Origin: a virus
Taxonomy: Duplodnaviria > Heunggongvirae > Uroviricota > Caudoviricetes
Reading direction: 5' to 3' (one strand)
Length of the DNA: 64,000 nucleotides
IMG/VR virus record: IMGVR_UViG_3300014208_000001
Span: 101,318-165,317 of that record
Shown: one piece after another, positions 19,943 through 30,179 of the stretch
Layout of the letters: every line of letters starts with the position of its first letter
Position numbering within the stretch: the first letter of the stretch is position 1
Notes under the pieces: model-generated
What the model saw: the letters and a program-made list of their open reading frames with translations, nothing else
Told to the model about the DNA's origin: nothing
The model's database searches: none
Position numbers and translations under genes: made by a program

Positions 19943-22900
19943 TCACGTCGTTGGAAATAACACCAAAGACATTTGGTAAACCAAATGTCTGCTTCCAGAA
20001 TTGCCTCTGATAATTGAATATTCGTTCTTTTCAATTTTAGAAAGCACTAAATTATTTAACTTATCTGAATATTTGAATTTTATAGTGCCTTCATTTGGTA
20101 TATTAGCAAAATCATTGCTATTAACTGTTGGCCACGCAAATGCTGGGTGCCCAAAGTCACTATATTCATCAATACATGGTGTTGATTTTATTTCACCACC
20201 GCCACAAGCCTGATCGTCTCCAATCGATCTTTTAATTATTATGTATTCTTGACCACCGATCTTTAAAACAACACCACAGCATTTATCATTCTGCCAACCC
20301 CTCTCATACCAACGTATATGATTTACATCCATATAACAATATTCAGGTATCTTAGCATTTTCACTTATTATTTCTTTTTGTACTTTAGGCTGTGATTGCA
20401 CAATTGTTTCATTCTTATATAATGAAACAGTCGCACCACCAGATGATTCTTCAGGAAATCCATAATAGTATAATTTACATTGTCCACCATCATGATGAAA
20501 TGGTGCGGTCAAATTAGTATACGCACTTGACGCATCACTTGCATTAGTAAAAGCACCCTTATTAAGAAATCTAACATTAGCTTTTTTATTACCAGAAATA
20601 TATTGAATAGCAATAGGAGCTTTATAAGTTTTACCAATCATTGGACAACATTCAGTCAACACAGCAGTATAATCACCAACCGGCAATGCAATTTCAACAG
20701 CATTATTATTGCCGTGATTTTTGAGCGGATCTAATGCGACAACATTATCATATTTAACTGACTGTATCGATAATGATTGTGATGCTGCTTGAGACGATGA
20801 AGAATCACTAACTAATGCATTACATCCATCGACTGAGAATGTCAATGATTTTATTAAAAATTGAGTTCCGCCAACTATTTGAAATCCAGAGATATCAATA
20901 GTACCATTATTAACCGATGAAACATCATACGCTTTATTAATATAACCAGAGAATATATAATTTCGATCATTTTTATAATCAAATATGCCACTACCAGCTG
21001 GGTTATATAATAATGATGTTATTAAAGTCCCTGATGCGTCTTTAACATTAACAGTTAATAATGACTGTTTCCATGTTTTATTATCACCATATATTGGATC
21101 AATAGACGTCAACATCTTTAATGTCATTTGACCATTACCAATATATGCTGGAGATGAAACAGAAATACCAAATTTTAATGAATTAACTGGCTTAGGCACT
21201 GCGTTTGCTGGGTTCAAAGCTGTTATTAATGTAGTGCCATTATATGTCCATGCTATAACACCATCGCTACCTTGCGATTTAAATGGTGTAGCTACGGTCT
21301 GATTAACAACTTTAGTAGTTGTATCGCATATACCAGATGGTCCAGGAGGACTCGGCGGACTTGGCGGACTTGGTGGGCCTGGGGGACTTGGTGGACCTGG
21401 GGGACTTGGTGGACCTGGGGGACTTGGCGGGCTTGGCGCGGTAGTTTGTTCGTATGCGATACCGGTTAGCTTCAATCCAGTTGATACAGTAATTGATATT
21501 TCTTTAATGTATGTGGCTTTAGCAGGATTGCCACTAGAATCTATTTCGAAATCAAATGCAACGATAGTATTTGACCCATCATTGCTAATATAAAATCTAT
21601 CTTTATTAGTTGGTACTGTGCTACTAGGTTGCATAGTTATATCTTGTGGCCTATTTATACCCTGTGTAAAAATTGACACAGGTGTTCCACCAGATGATTT
21701 GATCGCATACACAACATTATCAATAAAGTCAGCGTAAATTATAAAACCAGCAGAATTACCGCCAGAATTGCCCAAAATCACCGGACCTAATTGCTTTTGA
21801 TTAACAAGCAATTGGGTCAATTTGGTACCATTTAATCTTGCTAAAAATGATGATCCTTGAGTGAATTTGTCATCGATACTATTAATAATTGTATTACCGC
21901 TCTTTTTGTTAGCTGTTATGATAAATGATGTTGATGTAGAATCATATGATACACCAACAATACCGTATCCAGCGGCTGTGTATATTGGCTGCCCATTAAC
22001 ATAAAAATATCCTGGGTCAGATCCTGGTGTGCCATATGACCCAGCTATCCAACCTGCTCCGTTTGTTCTGATAACTTCAAAACCATAATAGGTACCTAAT
22101 GTTGGATTAAAAGCTTTGGTAAATGATGATCTAGACGCTGGCCTATCAGTGGTTCCTTTATAAATAGTATTAAAGTTCACTGGATTACCAGCAGTATCAA
22201 CTTCACCCCAATAAATACTTCCACCGGCGACACCTATACCACCAACAGAATACCCAACATATTGTGCATCAGTTGACCCACCAATCCATTTAGTAGGCGT
22301 ATCAGAAGATAAATCAACAGAATAAATCTCACCATTATAAGAAGAAACACCAGTACCAGCATGTTGAGCACCAACCCATAACGTACCAACAACTGATGTC
22401 GGTGGAGGTGGTGGCCCTGGCGGGCCTGGTGGAGGAGGCACAATATTATCTGAACAAACTTCAACAGTTATTGACCCGACGTCAAGTTCTAATTTTTTGG
22501 TAGCGTCAGTAACAACACCATCCAATTGCATAACTAAATAGAATTTAAAATTTTTATAATAATTCTTAACTTGCGCTGACGTTAAAGCTGATATATCTAA
22601 GATATCTAATGATATAACATGAGTTCCCCATGTTGTTTGATCAGTAGATGATGTGATAAAATCATTGGACCATTGAATTTGCCCATTAGCAAAAGTCGTT
22701 AATGATGTGCTAGGAGTAACTCCACCACTAATTGCTTCATAAACTTTTAAATTATTTGTACTTGTTACATCGCCACCAATAAGAGCATAAGTATATGCTG
22801 TGACTCCATCCGGCATAGTGGCTGGAGACCCATTAGTGACAAAATATGGATTCAAACGATATTTATATACTATTTGTATTGAATAAACTTTAGATGCTAA

Positions 22901-24310
22901 CAATATATCAGCGATAGAGTCAAACCCAGATAATTCAAGGAATGTGGTTTTAGTGTTAGTAGAAGTTTTGTTAAATGATAATATTGCTTTTTGATATGTT
23001 GTTGCATTAACCCAATTTTGATTTCCTAATAAACTGCCGATACCAGGATCATTTGGTACAGAATCTTTGGCAGCTAACGTTGAATTTATAGTTGTTTTCT
23101 TTGGACATTGGGCTGGCGGTGGAGGCGCTGGAGGACTAGGGGGTGGTGCTGGTGGAGGATTTGGAATTGGACTAGGAACTGGTGGTAATACACCAGTTCC
23201 GCATGGGCTATCGGTTACTAGTGATGTTCCTGGTATTTCTACTGTGTCTGGTAAACTACCTCTCTGATTAACATTTATTTTAGCTCGACCAGCAGCCGAT
23301 GCTGCTGTTGATTCTATATGTTGTCTTAATTGTGTATTTTTAGATTTAGATATACAATATTCTAATGCACAACATAATGCTGCTTTTTGTTCATCGAATA
23401 AATCAGACATATTTTGAATCCAATATTTTACTACATCTTCATATCCTTTCTTTAATCTTAAAACTTCTGACGAGAATTTAGCATTTAATGTATCTAGTAT
23501 TGGATCTATATCAAGAAAATATACATCTTGAGGTGTACCGGTGAAATTATCAATGGCCAATAACCATGGGCTATTGATATTTTGAATTATAAATGATGAA
23601 CTACCATCGGTAACAATACCTAATGGCTGTCTTGTGATATCAAGCGAATAGTTTGTTGTTACCACCGGATCAATATTGACTGAAATATCAGTTACAACTA
23701 AATTGCTATTGGTTGGTATTGTGGATGAGATTACTTCTTGGTCTATTCTGATAGTGCAAGGTGGTGCGTCACCTAACGGTCCTTGTGGCCCTTTTGGTCC
23801 TGTTAATTGCTGTTCATCCCCAACTTCTCCGGTGTCTCCTTGATCTCCTCTGTCACCTCTTGTGCCTTTTAAAGATAATTGACCTCTTGCTTGTAATTCT
23901 GTGAATAAAGCTTCTAAATCTAAATTAAAATCAAAACCAAACGTATGCTGATGAATATGGAATGGAATATTTTGGCTTAATTGTACTCCGGTACTTGATT
24001 TATTACCAACTGATATATTACCATATAATTTAATATAATTATCACCATATAAGTCTATTGAACCAGTAGTAAATGGCGCATTGCACTGTGTCCCAACAAT
24101 TGTTGATTGTGGTGGCGGTATTAATAGTCTATTTAATTTTTTAAAATCAAGTGCGGTCATTGCCCCAGATTTTATAGTCGTCGCTATAGGTATTGGTATA
24201 TTTCTAGTAACAACTTTATTCCAAGTTTTTGTACCAGAATCATATTGATATAACTTTCCAGGTGATACTTCATATAGTGTTTTATCATCTGGATTAGAAG
24301 GGAATGTCAT
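19943..24310 (-). CDS. Large fibre-like virion protein with collagen and proline-rich linkers
   Basis: 1455 aa; Gly-X-Y run (GTRGDRGDQGDTG...GPKGPQGP); three poly-Pro linkers separating beta-rich domains, one propeller-like. Confidence 0.7.
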   Translation of the reverse strand: MTFPSNPDDKTLYEVSPGKLYQYDSGTKTWNKVVTRNIPIPIATTIKSGAMTALDFKKLNRLLIPPPQSTIVGTQCNAPFTTGSIDLYGDNYIKLYGNISVGNKSSTGVQLSQNIPFHIHQHTFGFDFNLDLEALFTELQARGQLSLKGTRGDRGDQGDTGEVGDEQQLTGPKGPQGPLGDAPPCTIRIDQEVISSTIPTNSNLVVTDISVNIDPVVTTNYSLDITRQPLGIVTDGSSSFIIQNINSPWLLAIDNFTGTPQDVYFLDIDPILDTLNAKFSSEVLRLKKGYEDVVKYWIQNMSDLFDEQKAALCCALEYCISKSKNTQLRQHIESTAASAAGRAKINVNQRGSLPDTVEIPGTSLVTDSPCGTGVLPPVPSPIPNPPPAPPPSPPAPPPPAQCPKKTTINSTLAAKDSVPNDPGIGSLLGNQNWVNATTYQKAILSFNKTSTNTKTTFLELSGFDSIADILLASKVYSIQIVYKYRLNPYFVTNGSPATMPDGVTAYTYALIGGDVTSTNNLKVYEAISGGVTPSTSLTTFANGQIQWSNDFITSSTDQTTWGTHVISLDILDISALTSAQVKNYYKNFKFYLVMQLDGVVTDATKKLELDVGSITVEVCSDNIVPPPPGPPGPPPPPTSVVGTLWVGAQHAGTGVSSYNGEIYSVDLSSDTPTKWIGGSTDAQYVGYSVGGIGVAGGSIYWGEVDTAGNPVNFNTIYKGTTDRPASRSSFTKAFNPTLGTYYGFEVIRTNGAGWIAGSYGTPGSDPGYFYVNGQPIYTAAGYGIVGVSYDSTSTSFIITANKKSGNTIINSIDDKFTQGSSFLARLNGTKLTQLLVNQKQLGPVILGNSGGNSAGFIIYADFIDNVVYAIKSSGGTPVSIFTQGINRPQDITMQPSSTVPTNKDRFYISNDGSNTIVAFDFEIDSSGNPAKATYIKEISITVSTGLKLTGIAYEQTTAPSPPSPPGPPSPPGPPSPPGPPSPPSPPSPPGPSGICDTTTKVVNQTVATPFKSQGSDGVIAWTYNGTTLITALNPANAVPKPVNSLKFGISVSSPAYIGNGQMTLKMLTSIDPIYGDNKTWKQSLLTVNVKDASGTLITSLLYNPAGSGIFDYKNDRNYIFSGYINKAYDVSSVNNGTIDISGFQIVGGTQFLIKSLTFSVDGCNALVSDSSSSQAASQSLSIQSVKYDNVVALDPLKNHGNNNAVEIALPVGDYTAVLTECCPMIGKTYKAPIAIQYISGNKKANVRFLNKGAFTNASDASSAYTNLTAPFHHDGGQCKLYYYGFPEESSGGATVSLYKNETIVQSQPKVQKEIISENAKIPEYCYMDVNHIRWYERGWQNDKCCGVVLKIGGQEYIIIKRSIGDDQACGGGEIKSTPCIDEYSDFGHPAFAWPTVNSNDFANIPNEGTIKFKYSDKLNNLVLSKIEKNEYSIIRGNSGSRHLVYQMSLVLFPTT
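21340..21440 (-). repeat. 9/18-bp coding repeat (PSPPGP)n
   Basis: Repeated GGGGGACTTGGTGGACCT units on the + strand. Confidence 0.9.
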
Positions 24311-25752
24311 TGGCTATTAATCTCCCATGTTTTACCATTCATATTAATCTCCAAATACTGTTTAGATGGATCTATATTTAATTTACTACCAGCCTTCTGC
24401 GATGCTGCAAAATTACTAATCGGCGGGCCTGGTGGCGTTGGCGGACCTGGTGGTGGTGTCGGAGGAATTGGAGGTATAGGTGGTGTTGGAGGTGGGGGAA
24501 CAGGCGGCGTTGATGAGTCACCTACTATCGGGCAGTTATTAAAAGTAATGCAATATTCAACAGATGGCATATTGAATTCGCATTCAGCCAACTGTTGCGC
24601 TAACCCTCCTAGAATCGATCTTGCTTTTGCATCAATTGAATCGATATACTTTTTGACATCGCTTAAATATTTCGTATCTAAATCTATTAATCTATTCTTA
24701 TATGTATCAACCATTCCGGTTACAAAATCAGATAGCGTAATACCAGCATTAAAATTGATCGCATTTGATGAATCGATATCGCTTTTGGGCAACCGTAATA
24801 ATGTCGGATTTAGTGGTAATGGATCAGTACCTATTTTATTGAGTGTCCAATCAGATAATGATGTAACAGTACATGCTGTGTCACTAGTTGTATCAGTCGT
24901 TTCTGGTTTTCTTGTTAAAAAAGTATTACCAGATTGCTTATCAGTATTGGTTTTTGATATTTCTGACTCTGTTTTATATGTTATTGTTCTTAATATCGGT
25001 GATGCACTTACTTTGGTCGCTGGTAATGTTGGATCTAAATTGATTTTAGATTTTGTTAATGATAATGTACAATCTTGTGTTATATCTAATTTAACTACTG
25101 CTGTATCTGTAATATCTGTTAAATCAGTGTAATTTACATTCGTTAATGAACATTGTGTGGTTGTTGAATCGCCTTTATCGCCTTGCTCTCCGGCTGGTCC
25201 AATACTGTATCCAGTATCTCCTTTTGGTCCTTTAGGGCCTTTGACACCTTTTTGGCCTTTCTGCCCGCGCAAGTTAATAACTAATGTTTTTAAAAATTTT
25301 TCTGTTAGTTCAAATTTGAGACCTGGTGATGTTCCTGTTGTTGTTAGATCTGTACCTTCACAATTAAATGTTGATGGTGATTTGCAATTGTCTAATGGTT
25401 GTAAATCTTTAGACACACATATAATGTTTATACTGTCGCTTTTTAATTTGATATCTCCTTGTATAACGCCTTCTGGATTTGATCCGCTTTGCAATAATAA
25501 TTTAGTATCTACTATAATTCCAAATGCGCCACCAACTGATGGTACTTTGTCTAATAATAATTTATCTCTTTGTGATAGATATCCTGGAGATGATGCGGTT
25601 GCTAGTTGTAATTCATCTGATGCACCACTTCGTACCCATAAATCATATTTAATATCATATATCCATCTATTATTATATGCATCTATGTATATCTGCTTAT
25701 CCGTTGGATTATTTGGTAGGAATGAGTCTCTATTTATTAGCTCGCCTGCCAT
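24307..25752 (-). CDS. Collagen-containing fibre-like virion protein, paralogue of 19943..24310
   Basis: GQKGQKGVKGPKGPKGDTG; shared N-terminal module and shared helix ending in EYC; poly-Pro C-terminus. Confidence 0.7.
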   Translation of the reverse strand: MAGELINRDSFLPNNPTDKQIYIDAYNNRWIYDIKYDLWVRSGASDELQLATASSPGYLSQRDKLLLDKVPSVGGAFGIIVDTKLLLQSGSNPEGVIQGDIKLKSDSINIICVSKDLQPLDNCKSPSTFNCEGTDLTTTGTSPGLKFELTEKFLKTLVINLRGQKGQKGVKGPKGPKGDTGYSIGPAGEQGDKGDSTTTQCSLTNVNYTDLTDITDTAVVKLDITQDCTLSLTKSKINLDPTLPATKVSASPILRTITYKTESEISKTNTDKQSGNTFLTRKPETTDTTSDTACTVTSLSDWTLNKIGTDPLPLNPTLLRLPKSDIDSSNAINFNAGITLSDFVTGMVDTYKNRLIDLDTKYLSDVKKYIDSIDAKARSILGGLAQQLAECEFNMPSVEYCITFNNCPIVGDSSTPPVPPPPTPPIPPIPPTPPPGPPTPPGPPISNFAASQKAGSKLNIDPSKQYLEINMNGKTWEINSQ

Positions 25753-25807
25753 CCTAACCTCTTTTAGATATATACCATAATTTAATTTTGATTATGCAAA
25801 TTTAAAT

Positions 25808-27322
25808 GTGGAGGACACTATGGATTTAAAAGAAGTAATTGACGCACAAGAGTCTACAGCGAACATTTTACATAAATGTTCTGATATCTTGGGTACTGGT
25901 GCTGGTTTTAAAATATCAGATGGTAAACCAACCACTGATAAAGCTATAATAGTATTCGTTGAAAAGAAATTAAGCAAAAGATCATTATCAAAATTTTCAG
26001 CGCCATTACCATCTGATATAGATGGTATACCAATAGATGTTATAGAAGTCGGGAAATTAAAAAAGCATGCATTAAATACTAAAGTTAGACCATTAAAACC
26101 TGGTTATAGTTGTGGTCATATCAATGTTACATGTGGTACTATTGGAGGATTTTTTATCGATAAAGATGGTGATAAGGTAGTTTTAAGCAATTGCCATGTT
26201 TTGGCTAATGAAGGTAATGCTAATGTTGGTGATTTAATTTATCAACCTGGTCCTCTTGATTCAAGAGCTGATAAATCATGGAAAGGGTGGGCCAATCCTG
26301 AATCATTATCTTATTTTGCGACGTTAAAAGCATTTTCTAATTTGAATCCTTCTGGGGTCAATGTTCAAGATTCTGCTATTGCTAAAATACCAGATGAAAT
26401 AGTTAATGCTAATTTGATTGATTTCTTATACCCATCTATTAATAAAGCTTTAAATGGGTTTGGCGATGCTGCGATTAATATGTCAGTTCAGAAATGCGGC
26501 AGAACGACCGGTTATACAACTGGTCGTGTTATAGCATTAAATTCTGAATTTGGTATTCAATATGATAAAGGCAATATCAGATTCAGTAAGTGTATTGTTA
26601 CTACCCCATTAAGTCAAGGTGGTGATAGTGGTAGTTTGATACTTAATCATGATATGAATGTTGTTGGTTTATTGTTTGGTGGATCTCCTAAAGTTACAGT
26701 CGCTAATCCTTTTAATATTATTAAGGATCAATATGGGTTATCATTATTTAATGATACGCCAGATGAAATTATAACATTGAATAATGGTAAGTGGAGTATG
26801 TTCACTTCTCAAACTGCTTCTTATGCCATTGGTGGTGAAGAAGTGAAATTTAAAGCTCGTAGTAATGAATTTGCTTGTATGGAATTAGTTTTTACACAAC
26901 CAGATACTAAATTGGTTGAGTGTAATATTTTTACTGGCACTGATGGTGGTGCTTCTTGGGGTCCTGGTATTACAATTTGTTGGCCTGATAAATCTATTAA
27001 AGTTAATTTACGTAGTGGTGGCACTTTTGGCGCATGGGTGGATGGTACTGAATATACTGGTGTTGGATCTGTTAAGCCAAATACATGGTATAATTTAAGA
27101 GTTGTGATTGATAATAAAATGATTTCGCTTGAAGCTGATGAAGCTGATGGTAATGACTCTACGTGGTCTAAAGTTATCGATCTTCCTAGAATGCTATTAC
27201 CGCATCCCCCAATTATGGTTAGGATTGGCAAAACTGATATGAGTGGTGGTAAGTCTGACCATGGTGATCATGGTATTGATGGTGAGTTTATTGTTAAAAA
27301 TGTTAAGGTTGTATACGATTAG
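25808..27322 (+). CDS. Trypsin-like (S1, Nal1-like) serine protease with prodomain and C-terminal lectin-like domain
   Basis: Catalytic triad LSNCHVL, DSAIA, GGDSGS; KCGRTTGYTTG; propeptide AIIVFVEKK...DGIPIDVIEVG. Confidence 0.9.
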   Translation: MEDTMDLKEVIDAQESTANILHKCSDILGTGAGFKISDGKPTTDKAIIVFVEKKLSKRSLSKFSAPLPSDIDGIPIDVIEVGKLKKHALNTKVRPLKPGYSCGHINVTCGTIGGFFIDKDGDKVVLSNCHVLANEGNANVGDLIYQPGPLDSRADKSWKGWANPESLSYFATLKAFSNLNPSGVNVQDSAIAKIPDEIVNANLIDFLYPSINKALNGFGDAAINMSVQKCGRTTGYTTGRVIALNSEFGIQYDKGNIRFSKCIVTTPLSQGGDSGSLILNHDMNVVGLLFGGSPKVTVANPFNIIKDQYGLSLFNDTPDEIITLNNGKWSMFTSQTASYAIGGEEVKFKARSNEFACMELVFTQPDTKLVECNIFTGTDGGASWGPGITICWPDKSIKVNLRSGGTFGAWVDGTEYTGVGSVKPNTWYNLRVVIDNKMISLEADEADGNDSTWSKVIDLPRMLLPHPPIMVRIGKTDMSGGKSDHGDHGIDGEFIVKNVKVVYD

Positions 27323-27347
27323 ACCGGCGGGATACGCCGGTCTAATC
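27317..27347. terminator. Hairpin between convergent genes, probable bidirectional terminator
   Basis: GATTAGACCGGCG-ggata-CGCCGGTCTAATC, 13-bp perfect stem. Confidence 0.75.
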
Positions 27348-27373
27348 TGACTTGATATGATGCTGACGATTAA

Positions 27374-27511
27374 TTAATCGTCGTCTTCGTCGTCTTCCCA
27401 GTCATCGTCGTCATCTTCCCAATCATCATCATAGTCGTCGAAGTCGTCGTCATCGTCGAAGTCGTCGTCATCATCGATATCGTCATCGACATCGATGTCA
27501 TCATCTACCAT
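27374..27511 (-). CDS. 45-aa extremely acidic peptide, or frameshifted tail of the upstream gene
   Basis: MVDDDIDVDDD...WEDDEDDD; ATG lies one base after the upstream TGA. Confidence 0.6.
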   Translation of the reverse strand: MVDDDIDVDDDIDDDDDFDDDDDFDDYDDDWEDDDDDWEDDEDDD

Positions 27512-27512
27512 T

Positions 27513-27773
27513 TCAGTCTTCATCAACATATTCCTCTCCTTCGTCATCGACTTCATGCTCACCATCCAACTGGTCATTCAAAGCAAGAAGTTTGTGTGCT
27601 AAAGCGATTAATCGCCCATCAGATGTAGATTTTGTTGTATCGAGCAAATGCCTACCTAATGATACGGCAAGGTCGATATCAAGCATCACTGGAACATTAT
27701 TGGGGTCACTATAGACCGTGAATGAAGGTTTTGAGAATTTCTTCAACACGTCTGATTTCGGTCTCGGGGGCAT
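27513..27773 (-). CDS. Hypothetical protein with an acidic C-terminus (86 aa)
   Basis: ORF ends EHEVDDEGEEYVDED. Confidence 0.75.
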   Translation of the reverse strand: MPPRPKSDVLKKFSKPSFTVYSDPNNVPVMLDIDLAVSLGRHLLDTTKSTSDGRLIALAHKLLALNDQLDGEHEVDDEGEEYVDED

Positions 27774-27811
27774 TTACACTTCCGGAAACAATAGAAATAG
27801 AGATCTGTGAG

Positions 27812-27852
27812 AAAAATTGGAGATCAAGGCCATGGTGGCGACCTTGATCTCC
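27812..27852 (-). terminator. Rho-independent terminator
   Basis: GGAGATCAAGG/CCTTGATCTCC 11-bp stem followed by AATTTTT on the minus strand. Confidence 0.7.
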
Positions 27853-27916
27853 TGAGCGAACGGGTGACATAGTTATTTTGCATTCTTCTTTTCCATGTAA
27901 AATGAACTTTTGTTCA

Positions 27917-28360
27917 TTAAATATTAAATTCGGCTATTTCACTAACATTATATGATGATTCGACAACAGCCACAGCACACAACTCATCATTAAACACTTC
28001 CCCACTAATATAACCGATAAATCCAGTGGTTTTGGCACACGATGTCATAATTTTGCATACTTTAGACTCTAAAAATTTATTAGCCGGTGGCTTTTTACCA
28101 GCCCCAACAATCCTATTAATTTCTCGCTCAACAAATTTGAACAAATCGGACGAAATAATATACACTTTATCATTAACAACTAATGATTTATTACCATATG
28201 TATTACCATAAAACACAAAATCACTTGATTCAATCAACGCCCTATTAGACCTATCAAGACACAACAAAAACGCTGATGGTTTACTAATATTCCCAATTTT
28301 GCCAGTAAAATAATTAACATCAAATTTCTCAACAATAGCAATAGGATGGTATAGTGTCAT
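27917..28360 (-). CDS. Hypothetical protein (147 aa)
   Basis: Overlaps the rarA stop. Confidence 0.7.
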   Translation of the reverse strand: MTLYHPIAIVEKFDVNYFTGKIGNISKPSAFLLCLDRSNRALIESSDFVFYGNTYGNKSLVVNDKVYIISSDLFKFVEREINRIVGAGKKPPANKFLESKVCKIMTSCAKTTGFIGYISGEVFNDELCAVAVVESSYNVSEIAEFNI

Positions 28361-29520
28361 TTACTTAACGGTATTTCCCTTATCATAGCAACAAACTTCT
28401 CAATTAAATCGTTACGAATATATATTTTATCAACACTATTTACGTACTTGCCAGATCCAGCACGTAATCGATCTGGAACAAACTTAGTTTCATTATTTTC
28501 AATATCTTTAATAGCTTTCTTTATAGCTAAATAACCAGTTTTATCTCGACGACTCTGAGCGATAGCTATGGTTGCCGTAGCCATAGCAATATAGCACTCA
28601 GGAGGACCAACTCTTTCAGTCATATAATGAGCAGACATTACAACAGACGGAAGTAATAAATTATGTGCAGCATCTTCAAAAGCAGACACCATCATACGCC
28701 TACAAATGTAAGCAGGATCTTCACCAGAAACCAACCATTGAGCTAACCAATAAATAGCGCCATCATCATCAGAATTTTGAATACATGTTTGATAAGCAGA
28801 CGCATAATCATAATGCTCATTACCTGACTTATCAAACACAATATGCTTATCTGGAATTACACTATCGATATGATACTCAGTGATATCACCATTAATCGCA
28901 AACAATTCAACAGCCGCTTCAATAGATAATAACAATTTCCTAGCATCACCGCTGCATCTATTAATAAGCCTCTTAGCCGCTTCACCGGTAATATTTGTAT
29001 CTTTACCAATCGATTTATAGTATTTGATAGCTCTGATAATCAATTTTGCAAGATCATCTTTACTAAATGGTTTAACTTCAACAACTAAACATCTAGATAT
29101 CACAGCACTATTAACAACAAATTTTGGTTTCTCAACCATAGCACCGAATAAAACAATCGTACCGTCTTCGATCACCGGTAACAATACGTTTTGTTGATTT
29201 TTGGCCCAATGGTTTATTTCGTCAACAAAAACAAATGTTTTGATACCATTCTGTCCGTTTTTCTTTGCCCTTTCGACGGCTTTTCTCAAATCGGCAATAG
29301 ACGAATCCGTGGCGTTAAGTTCGATCAAATCGGAATTGGTTTCTTTGGCCAAAGCGATAGCTAAAGAAGTTTTGCCAACACCTGGAGGACCCCAAAACAA
29401 TATATTAGTAAAATATTTAGTATCAATCATCCGCCTCAAAATTCCATCTTTACCAACTATATGGTCTTGACCTATAATATCATTTAATGTAGATGGTCTT
29501 AATAATGTTGTCAAACTCAT
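28357..29520 (-). CDS. rarA: Replication-associated recombination protein A (RarA/MgsA AAA+ ATPase)
   Basis: LRPSTLNDIIGQDH, WGPPGVGKT, FVDEINH...QQNVLLP, GDARKLL, GEDPAYICRR. Confidence 0.93.
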   Translation of the reverse strand: MSLTTLLRPSTLNDIIGQDHIVGKDGILRRMIDTKYFTNILFWGPPGVGKTSLAIALAKETNSDLIELNATDSSIADLRKAVERAKKNGQNGIKTFVFVDEINHWAKNQQNVLLPVIEDGTIVLFGAMVEKPKFVVNSAVISRCLVVEVKPFSKDDLAKLIIRAIKYYKSIGKDTNITGEAAKRLINRCSGDARKLLLSIEAAVELFAINGDITEYHIDSVIPDKHIVFDKSGNEHYDYASAYQTCIQNSDDDGAIYWLAQWLVSGEDPAYICRRMMVSAFEDAAHNLLLPSVVMSAHYMTERVGPPECYIAMATATIAIAQSRRDKTGYLAIKKAIKDIENNETKFVPDRLRAGSGKYVNSVDKIYIRNDLIEKFVAMIREIPLSK

Positions 29521-30116
29521 TTATATTCCTGTTCAATGATCTCATCGACTGTTTTATTAGAAATACCACTTTTCAAACATATATGATATAATGAATCTGG
29601 GGTTAATTCATATGATTTATCAATCGATAACATCACATGTTTCTCTACTTTATCAAAATTCTCTCCGTCAACAGAAACAGTCAAGTCAATCCATTCAGAA
29701 TCTGTAAAATTACGACCACCAATAATACCATATTTATTATTGCCATGATAAAACAAATATGCCTTTAAATGCATATCAAGTGAATATCTCCATTTAATAC
29801 TTTTAAAAGTATCAACATGATTTAAATATCGTATAGTTTGCATAATATACTTATTTTCACAATACCGGCATCTTTCAGTTCTACAACTTTGATAGCATGA
29901 TATACCTATTAATATAGTAATATCATTACATTTATCGATCATTTCGTCTAATATATTTCTAGTATTGGACGTATAACCCCATGATCTAACATCATCATTA
30001 GTTTTTGTAATACCACAATATATACCGAACGTTGACATAACTATTTTATCTGGCTTCGACTTAGCTAATTCTAATAACTTTTTATTGTGTTCGTCAGCTT
30101 CAATAAAGAAATTCAT
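29517..30116 (-). CDS. Phospholipase D-family (HKD) nuclease-like protein
   Basis: Single HxK...G.RN motif: MHLKAYLF...IIGGRNFT. Confidence 0.65.
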   Translation of the reverse strand: MNFFIEADEHNKKLLELAKSKPDKIVMSTFGIYCGITKTNDDVRSWGYTSNTRNILDEMIDKCNDITILIGISCYQSCRTERCRYCENKYIMQTIRYLNHVDTFKSIKWRYSLDMHLKAYLFYHGNNKYGIIGGRNFTDSEWIDLTVSVDGENFDKVEKHVMLSIDKSYELTPDSLYHICLKSGISNKTVDEIIEQEYK

Positions 30117-30179
30117 AATGTCTCCTTAACAGAAAATACAAATTCAACGGAAAGTAAATATATAATAAGGAGATATAAA

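Noticed and set aside
24548-25780. Long + strand ORFs of 194 and 207 aa
   Set aside because: Antisense to the collagen-containing gene, which has clear motifs and a paralogue.
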